The notes under the pieces are model-generated. The model saw only the letters and a list, made by a program, of their open reading frames with translations, was not told where the DNA came from and made no database searches. From Candidatus Altimarinota bacterium (lineage in GTDB: Bacteria; Patescibacteriota; Gracilibacteria; CAIRYL01; GCA-016699755): a stretch of 64,000 nucleotides of DNA. The translations under genes and the position numbers were made by a program. Where the stretch lies: the NCBI GenBank assembly GCA_963664295.1, contig OY760935.1:32001-96000 (forward strand). Direction: 5' to 3'. Of this stretch, positions 57,798 to 64,000 are shown one piece after another (positions within the stretch are counted from its first letter, which is position 1; every line of letters starts with the position of its first letter).

Positions 57798-57857
57798 TAA
57801 TTTCATGTAATTAAAATTGTTGTTTACTCCTAAAGAGTTTTCCTTGGGAGTTTTTTT
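57774..57857 (+). promoter_or_regulatory. Transcription attenuator (1:2 pause, 2:3 antiterminator, 3:4 terminator)
   Basis: 1:2 actctcaaa/tttgggggt; 2:3 aaattctttgggggtaa/ttactcctaaagagttt (17 bp, 3 GU); 3:4 actcctaa/ttgggagt plus T run. Confidence 0.8.
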
Positions 57858-57970
57858 GATTTTGTTTAAAAAATATGAATAAAAAAATAATTTACAAATT
57901 GCGCGCCCTTTGGCGCTAAAAAAATAAATTCAAAATTAATTTAACTATTTTTAATTTTTTTAAAAAAACT

Positions 57971-59221
57971 ATGGAACAAAATACGAATTACAAAAAAATT
58001 GCTTCTCATGAAGCAAAAAAAGGCGAATTTAAAAAATGTCTTTTGCTTTATTCGGGAGGATTGGATACATCTGTGATGTTGAAATGGATACAAGAGCAAT
58101 ACGAATGCGAGCTTTATGCTCTTACTATTGATATTGGTCAATTGCACGAAGATTTGGAAGAAATCAAAGAAAAAGCTATAAAATTAGGAGCAAAAAAAGC
58201 TTTTGTTATTGACGCAAAAGAGCAATTTGCAGATGAAATTTTGTCAAAAGCAATAAAAGCAAATGCAGACTATGAAGGTGGTTATCCGCTTTCCACTCCT
58301 CTGGGCAGAGTTATTCTTTCGCAAATTGCTGTAGAAATTGCTCAAAAAGAAGGAATTGAGGTTATTGCTCATGGCTCAACTGGCAAAGGTAATGATCAAG
58401 TCAGATTTGAAAATTACATCACAACTCTTGATCCAAATTTAAAAATAATCGCGCCAGTACGTGAATGGGGAATTGGCAGAGATGAAGAAATTGAATATGC
58501 AAAAAAGCACAATATTCCAATCAAACAAACCGCAGAAACGCCATATTCTTATGATGATAATATGTGGGGTTCTACTGGCGAAGGTGGCGAAATTGAAGAT
58601 CCAAAACTAATTCCACCTTTGGAAAATATTTTGCAAGTTTGCACCTTACCAGAAAATGCACCAAATGAAAGTGAAATTATAGAAATTGAATTTCAAAAAG
58701 GCGTGCCAGTAGCTTTTGGTGGACAAAAAATGTCATTAAAAAATATTGTTAATCAGGTAAATAAGGCTGGTGCAAAGCATGGCGTTGGCATTACTCATTT
58801 AATCGAAGACAGGCTAATCGGCATGAAAGTTAGGGGAGTGTATGAAGCACCTGGTGCTGAAATTCTCATTAAAGCTCATTATAATTTGGAAAAAATTGTA
58901 AACACCAAAGATGCCAATATGCTCAAAAAAGAATTAGATGTGAAATGGTCTGATTTTTGTTATTCTGCAAAATGGTTTGAGCCAGCCCTGCAGGCAATTC
59001 ATGCTTTTCAGGACAAAATTAACGAAAGAGTTGATGGCAAAGTAAAGGTAAAATTATATAAAGGAGTAGCAACTGTGGTTGCCGTTGAATCTCCTTATTC
59101 ATTGTTCAATGCGGATTTGGCAACTTTTAATAAAAATTCTGCTTTTAATCAAAATGCTTCAGCCGGATTTATTGAGCTTTATAATCTTGCTCAAAAAACA
59201 TATTATAATGCAGGAAAATGA
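57971..59221 (+). CDS. argG: Argininosuccinate synthase
   Basis: YSGGLDTS, HGSTGKGNDQVRF, APVREW, RGVYEAPG. Confidence 0.97.
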   Translation: MEQNTNYKKIASHEAKKGEFKKCLLLYSGGLDTSVMLKWIQEQYECELYALTIDIGQLHEDLEEIKEKAIKLGAKKAFVIDAKEQFADEILSKAIKANADYEGGYPLSTPLGRVILSQIAVEIAQKEGIEVIAHGSTGKGNDQVRFENYITTLDPNLKIIAPVREWGIGRDEEIEYAKKHNIPIKQTAETPYSYDDNMWGSTGEGGEIEDPKLIPPLENILQVCTLPENAPNESEIIEIEFQKGVPVAFGGQKMSLKNIVNQVNKAGAKHGVGITHLIEDRLIGMKVRGVYEAPGAEILIKAHYNLEKIVNTKDANMLKKELDVKWSDFCYSAKWFEPALQAIHAFQDKINERVDGKVKVKLYKGVATVVAVESPYSLFNADLATFNKNSAFNQNASAGFIELYNLAQKTYYNAGK

Positions 59222-60408
59222 ATAAACTTTGGCACATTGGTGGCGAAAAGAGTGATGATTTTGTAGACACTTTTACTGTTGGTGATGATTATTTGCTCGA
59301 TCAGGTTTTACTTTCTTATGACGTGCAAGCTTCTAAGGTACATGCAAAAATGCTTTTAAAAATGGGTACAATTAACAAAAAAGAGCATGAAGATTTACAA
59401 AAAGGTTTAGATGAAATTTTAGCTCTGCATAAGAAAGGGGAGTTTAAAATACTTCCCGAACAGGAAGATTGTCACACTGCAATTGAGCAATATTTAACAG
59501 AAAAGTGCCCAGAAGCAGGTAAAAAAATTCACACATTCAGAAGTAGAAATGACCAGGTATTAACTGCATTAAGGCTATATATGAAACATGAATTTGCCCA
59601 AATTCAAAAATTAGTGATGAATTTAATTAAGTCATTACAAAAAAAGGCAAAAAAATCTGAAAAAATTCCTATGCCTGGCTATACACATTATCAAAAAGCA
59701 ATGCCAACTGATTGTGGTACATGGTTTTTGAGTTTTGCCGATGCACTAGAGGATAATTTAAGTTTTTTGCAATCTTTGAAAAAAACAATAAACCAAAATC
59801 CGCTTGGTAGTGGAGCGGGTTTTGGTTTTCAAAATTTTAAAATTGATCGTGAGTTAACCGCCAAGGAAATGGGTTTTGCAAAAGTACAAAAAAATCCTCT
59901 TTATTGCGGTTTTTCCAGAGGATATTTTGAGTATTTGTTTTTGAATAATTTGGCACAAATTGTGATTGTTTTTTCTCGTTTTGCCAGTGATTTATTGCTT
60001 TTTTCCACGCAGGAGTTTGATTTTGTAAAATTGCCGAATAGTTTTGTGACAGGATCTTCAATCATGCCACAAAAGAAAAACCCAGATACAATTGAGATTT
60101 TACAAGGAAAAATAAGTTCTTTTTTGGCAAAAAAACAAGAAATAGAAGGAATTATTTTAAAATTATCCAGCGGATATCACAGGGAATATCAATTAATTAA
60201 AAAACCTTTTTTTGAAGGCATAAAAATAATCAAAGATTGTATTCAAATTGTGCAAATTGCTGTTGAAGAACTTGAATTTAAAGAAAATAATTTACAACAA
60301 GCAATGTCTGATGATCTTTTTGCAACAGAAAAAGTTTATGAATTAGTTAAAAAAGGCATGAGTTTTCGTGATGCTTATAAAAAAGTAAAAAAAGAATTAG
60401 GTTTTTAA
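59218..60408 (+). CDS. argH: Argininosuccinate lyase (compact)
   Basis: EDCH, HTFRSRNDQV, MPGYTHYQKA, TGSSIMPQKKNPD, FRDAY; ATGA overlap with argG. Confidence 0.95.
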   Translation: MNKLWHIGGEKSDDFVDTFTVGDDYLLDQVLLSYDVQASKVHAKMLLKMGTINKKEHEDLQKGLDEILALHKKGEFKILPEQEDCHTAIEQYLTEKCPEAGKKIHTFRSRNDQVLTALRLYMKHEFAQIQKLVMNLIKSLQKKAKKSEKIPMPGYTHYQKAMPTDCGTWFLSFADALEDNLSFLQSLKKTINQNPLGSGAGFGFQNFKIDRELTAKEMGFAKVQKNPLYCGFSRGYFEYLFLNNLAQIVIVFSRFASDLLLFSTQEFDFVKLPNSFVTGSSIMPQKKNPDTIEILQGKISSFLAKKQEIEGIILKLSSGYHREYQLIKKPFFEGIKIIKDCIQIVQIAVEELEFKENNLQQAMSDDLFATEKVYELVKKGMSFRDAYKKVKKELGF

Positions 60409-61157
60409 ATCCCAAAAAACCTTTCTGCTGTTTTAGTTGTTGTTTCCGCAATTTCTTTGAGCGAAAGGTTTTTTAGTTCAGCAATTTTATTCGCAATTTC
60501 CAAAGTATAAGCAGGTTCACACCTTTGTCCACGATGTTTTTGTGGAGCAAGAAAAGGGCAATCTGTTTCCAGCATGATTTTTTCCAAAGGAATATTTTTT
60601 ACTACCTCTTGCACCTCTTTTGCATTTGGAAAAGTGACAATGCCAGTAAAAGAAATTAATCCCCCCATTTCAATAACTTGGTTTGCAAAATCAAGATTTT
60701 CACTAAAACAATGCACAACAAAAGGAAAGTCATGATTTTTGCGTAAAAATTCCAGAGCTTCGTCATGTGCATTGCGAAGATGAACCACAACTGGCTTATT
60801 TACATTTTTTGCAAGATTTATTTGCTTCAAAAAAGATTCTTCTTGTTTTTTTCTGCTAGGATTTTCTTTGCGAAAAAAATCCAAACCAGTTTCGCCAATC
60901 CCCACTACCTTAGGGTGTTTTGCAAGTTCTTCAATTACTTCAAAATCTTTAAATTCATCATCTGGATGAATGCCTACAGTTGCAAAAACATTTTCAAATT
61001 GTTCAGCTATTTGTACTGCTTTTTTTGCTCTTTTTGCATTGCAACCAATGTTAATTATTTTATTTACCCCTTCTTTTTTTGCATTTTTTATTACTTCTCC
61101 TAAGTCACTTTTAAACTGAGGAAAATCAAGGTGAGCGTGTGTGTCTATTATTTTCAT
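60405..61157 (-). CDS. tatD: TatD-family nuclease
   Basis: IDTHAHL, GIHP, IGETGLDF, HCFS, ETDCPFL. Confidence 0.93.
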   Translation of the reverse strand: MKIIDTHAHLDFPQFKSDLGEVIKNAKKEGVNKIINIGCNAKRAKKAVQIAEQFENVFATVGIHPDDEFKDFEVIEELAKHPKVVGIGETGLDFFRKENPSRKKQEESFLKQINLAKNVNKPVVVHLRNAHDEALEFLRKNHDFPFVVHCFSENLDFANQVIEMGGLISFTGIVTFPNAKEVQEVVKNIPLEKIMLETDCPFLAPQKHRGQRCEPAYTLEIANKIAELKNLSLKEIAETTTKTAERFFGI

Positions 61158-61738
61158 TTTTTTCTTGGTAATTTTTTTAAATTTTGCCACCAGTCGTTGT
61201 ATGATTTTTCTTCTATTGCCTTGAAAAAATCTTTTCCTGTTTTGGTTTGAATATAAGGTTTTATGTTATCTAACCAGTTTTTTTTACCCTTAAAGCCTTG
61301 TTCCAAAAATTCTTTTGACTGCAGGGCTAGCTCAAGAAGGTCAGCATCACGAGCACATTTGCCCTCAATTGTTTTTTGTTCTTCGTATTCCACATAAGCT
61401 TGTTTGAATTTTTTTGCTATTTTTTCTGGCAACCTTTCACATTGATCAAAAAAAGCTCTTTTTTCTGCGTCACCAATATCAAAATAACGATTCATTATCC
61501 TGTGATGATCGCCAATTCTCGCTTCGCCATTGTCGTGAATTAGCGTAATAAAAGCCGAATGTTCACCATTGCCACCTTCCATTTCGGCAAGTACATAAGC
61601 CAGTTCTGATGCGCGAAAAACATGTTCACCAACTGTGTCCGGGCGCAAGATGCCAGCAACTAATGAGCCAGAACGAGGCATTTTTTTAAGAACAGAAAGT
61701 TCAAAAAAGAAATCAGCTATTTCATTAAAATTTTTCAT
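61154..61738 (-). CDS. HD-domain 5'-deoxynucleotidase-like protein (YfbR/HDDC2 family)
   Basis: LKKMPRSG, TVGEH, LIHDNGEARIGD, DADLLE; start moved to ATG 61738. Confidence 0.85.
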   Translation of the reverse strand: MKNFNEIADFFFELSVLKKMPRSGSLVAGILRPDTVGEHVFRASELAYVLAEMEGGNGEHSAFITLIHDNGEARIGDHHRIMNRYFDIGDAEKRAFFDQCERLPEKIAKKFKQAYVEYEEQKTIEGKCARDADLLELALQSKEFLEQGFKGKKNWLDNIKPYIQTKTGKDFFKAIEEKSYNDWWQNLKKLPRKK

Positions 61739-61810
61739 AGTTTTGTTGACAAAAGCATTGTTAATAAAGATAATAATAAACCATAATTTATATTTTGTAT
61801 TTTTGATTAT

Positions 61811-62140
61811 ATGCCTAGTTCGCTTGAAGCAAAAGAAAAAGTTAAAGAAAACACGATTGCAGAGATAGTTAAGACATTTAAAGAAAAAATTTGCAAAACA
61901 ATGGACGAATATTATGATGCAAAAAGTGATCATTATTCCATAACTCTTATTAAAGATGCTTTTATTCAAATAAAAATAAAATTTATCTTAGTTCAACTTG
62001 ATAGCGCATTAAAAAATGCGATTGATTTTAATAAAGAAAGAGCTTCGCAAACAAAAAAAGAGGTTTTTGAGTTTGCAAGAGGTCAATTGTTAAGAATTGA
62101 TGATGATTTTTTTGATTCAATAAGCGGTAATTCTGAATAA
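61811..62140 (+). CDS. Small hypothetical protein
   Basis: 109 aa; TTGACA-17-GATAAT upstream. Confidence 0.55.
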   Translation: MPSSLEAKEKVKENTIAEIVKTFKEKICKTMDEYYDAKSDHYSITLIKDAFIQIKIKFILVQLDSALKNAIDFNKERASQTKKEVFEFARGQLLRIDDDFFDSISGNSE

Positions 62141-62193
62141 ATTATTGACAAAACTCTTATTTTTATTAAAATAAATTCCTTTTTTGGATAATT

Positions 62194-62367
62194 ATGAGAA
62201 ATTTTGGCAAAGGAAGATTTGGAGATATGGAAGGGCTTGTTTCAGCTTGCAGTTCAGAAAAAATTGATAAAATAAGAAATGAACACACAAAAAAAGATGA
62301 TCAGCCTGAAATTTTGACAGATGATATAGGTAAAAAAACTTTTAAAATCTTAGAAACAGAAGAGTAA
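62194..62367 (+). CDS. Small hypothetical protein (57 aa, not in the ORF track)
   Basis: MRNFGKGRFGDMEGLVSACSSEKIDKIRNEHTKKDDQPEILTDDIGKKTFKILETEE; TTGACA-16-TAAAAT upstream. Confidence 0.5.
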   Translation: MRNFGKGRFGDMEGLVSACSSEKIDKIRNEHTKKDDQPEILTDDIGKKTFKILETEE

Positions 62368-62426
62368 GTAATTTTCGATTTGTTTGACTTTTGTAGTAAA
62401 AATTATAAAGATTAAATTAGCCATTT

Positions 62427-62648
62427 ATGGAAAAGGATAAAAAATATCCAAACCAGCTTTCAGAAAAACCAGAGAATAAAAATTCTGGAGAAAACTCTGT
62501 TAGACACAATAGAATAGCAGAAAGAATGAAAAGTTATCAAAAAGGTCTGCGTACTGTTTTAGATGGACTAGAAAAAGCAATGCCTCTTCCAGCGCCAATA
62601 GAAGTTTTTAAAGACGAACAAGAAGGCAAAAAAAATAACGAAAGCTAA
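62427..62648 (+). CDS. Small hypothetical protein
   Basis: 73 aa, charged; TTGACT upstream. Confidence 0.5.
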   Translation: MEKDKKYPNQLSEKPENKNSGENSVRHNRIAERMKSYQKGLRTVLDGLEKAMPLPAPIEVFKDEQEGKKNNES

Positions 62649-63913
62649 TTTTCAATAATTTTTCTTAATTTTTCTTCTTTATCCGCAAAAGGACCAATAA
62701 CAGCAAGAGCTAATTTTTGAGGATTAAAAAGTTTTTTGCTTAAATTATTTATATCACTAAGACTAATTTCATTAATTTCTTTGAAAATTTGATCAAGTGA
62801 TTTTGCTTTATTGGTAAGAATTATTTGTGTGCTCAAAAAGCTCGCAATTTCCTCAGAATCTTCCATTTTTAGAGTCAATTTGCCAGTTAGAAAACTTTTT
62901 GCTCTTTTTAATTCTTTTTCAGTAAATCCTTTTTCTGTGGCTTTTTCATACTCTGTTTTTATTGCCTCTATTGCACTCTCAAAACGCATTAAGTCAACAC
63001 CAGCATGAGTTGAGATAACGCCAGTGTCTGCAAAATGATCAGTAGAAGTAGAAATTGAATAGCAAAGACCTCTTTTTTCACGAATTTCTGAAAACATGCG
63101 TGAGCTCATATTGCCACCCATAATTACTGCCATAATACGGGCAATAAAATCTTCATCAGAACCAAAAGGCACCCCAGGATAACCCATAACCAAGTGACCT
63201 TGTTCAGTTTTTTTATCTTTTAGAGAGAATTTTTGCTGATTTATATTTTTTATAAGTCCATTATGTTTGCGAGCAGGTTTATCAGACTTGAAATTGAAAT
63301 ATTCATTTATTTTTTTTATGCCTTCTTCTTTAGTAATATTGCCAGCAACAATAATTAAGGTATTACTTGCTGTATAACAATCATTTTTGTAGTTTACAAA
63401 ATCTTCTCTATTAAATCTTTTTATGTTTTCTTTTGTGCCAATTTGATCCCAACCAAGAGGCTGGTCGCCAAAGAGAAGGTGTTCAAAATCCCAACCAATT
63501 TGATAAATTGGAGTATCTTGATAAAGATTGTATTCTTCTAGGATAACACCTCGTTCTTTTTCAATTTCATTTTGCTCCAGCTTAGCACTTAAAAGCATAT
63601 CCGAAAGCACAGAAAAAGCAGTATCTATGCTATTTTTTGCAGTTTTTACATAATAACCAGTATATTCTTTGCCAGTAAAAGCATTAAAATCACCACCAAC
63701 AGAATCAATAGCAGAAGCAACCTCGCGGGCATTTTTGTAGTGCTCACCACCCTTAAAAAACATATGCTCAAGAAAATGGGAAATACCTCTTTCTTGTTCA
63801 GTTTCATAGCGACTTCCAGCACCAATTAAAACAAGAGTAGTCACAGCCTCTGTGCCCTTAAGAGGATGCACAATAGCGCGTAAATTATTATCGAGAATTT
63901 CAGGTTTTATCAT
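62645..63913 (-). CDS. M16 family zinc peptidase
   Basis: AGSRYE, HFLEH (HxxEH), NAFT, SSRMF..IREKRGLCY. Confidence 0.93.
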   Translation of the reverse strand: MIKPEILDNNLRAIVHPLKGTEAVTTLVLIGAGSRYETEQERGISHFLEHMFFKGGEHYKNAREVASAIDSVGGDFNAFTGKEYTGYYVKTAKNSIDTAFSVLSDMLLSAKLEQNEIEKERGVILEEYNLYQDTPIYQIGWDFEHLLFGDQPLGWDQIGTKENIKRFNREDFVNYKNDCYTASNTLIIVAGNITKEEGIKKINEYFNFKSDKPARKHNGLIKNINQQKFSLKDKKTEQGHLVMGYPGVPFGSDEDFIARIMAVIMGGNMSSRMFSEIREKRGLCYSISTSTDHFADTGVISTHAGVDLMRFESAIEAIKTEYEKATEKGFTEKELKRAKSFLTGKLTLKMEDSEEIASFLSTQIILTNKAKSLDQIFKEINEISLSDINNLSKKLFNPQKLALAVIGPFADKEEKLRKIIEN

Positions 63914-64000
63914 GACCCAGATTTTTACACAAAAATTCAATAAAGTCACTTAAACTTTTAGAAAAATAAATAAAAAACTTGACATTTAAGATTAAGAAAG

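Noticed and set aside
1-64000. Genetic code 25 (TGA=Gly) as in Gracilibacteria/Absconditabacteria
   Set aside because: Conserved genes are full length under code 11, and TGA terminates dxr, argG and the HD gene in ATGA overlaps.

Overview
AT-rich chromosomal window from a bacterium using the standard genetic code (TGA is a stop; several ATGA overlaps). Gene content (Cys-rich beta-helix paralogs, stand-alone VirB4/TraD-like ATPase, long GuaA, IleRS with an inserted domain, PilT, mostly SD-less starts) suggests a Patescibacteria/CPR genome, possibly Peregrinibacteria-like; this is inference. Housekeeping genes: guaA, hpf, PBP1A, recR, dxr, ispH, hrcA, grpE, ileS, ddl, murB, glyA, argG, argH, tatD, M16 peptidase, tRNA-Gly(GCC), tRNA-Asp(GTC). 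The main signals absent from the ORF track are: (1) a 21-aa peptide gene (MKKAYTAPQTRSKKQASAQCN, YxxP leader motif, perfect SD, flanking hairpins) heading an operon of two radical SAM/SPASM enzymes (one with a PqqD/RRE domain) and a GNAT, a candidate new RiPP system; (2) a leader-peptide (RRR) transcription attenuator with 1:2, 2:3 and 3:4 hairpins upstream of argGH; (3) a glyA-GNAT-[methyltransferase/U32 fusion]-HAD operon; (4) a 65-bp, 64/65-identical inverted repeat inside two otherwise diverged Cys-rich paralogs that flank the ATPase; (5) a GC-rich lipoprotein gene with a structured leader and 3' element; (6) a degenerate tandem copy of tRNA-Gly. All calls are by eye; no database search or folding program was run.
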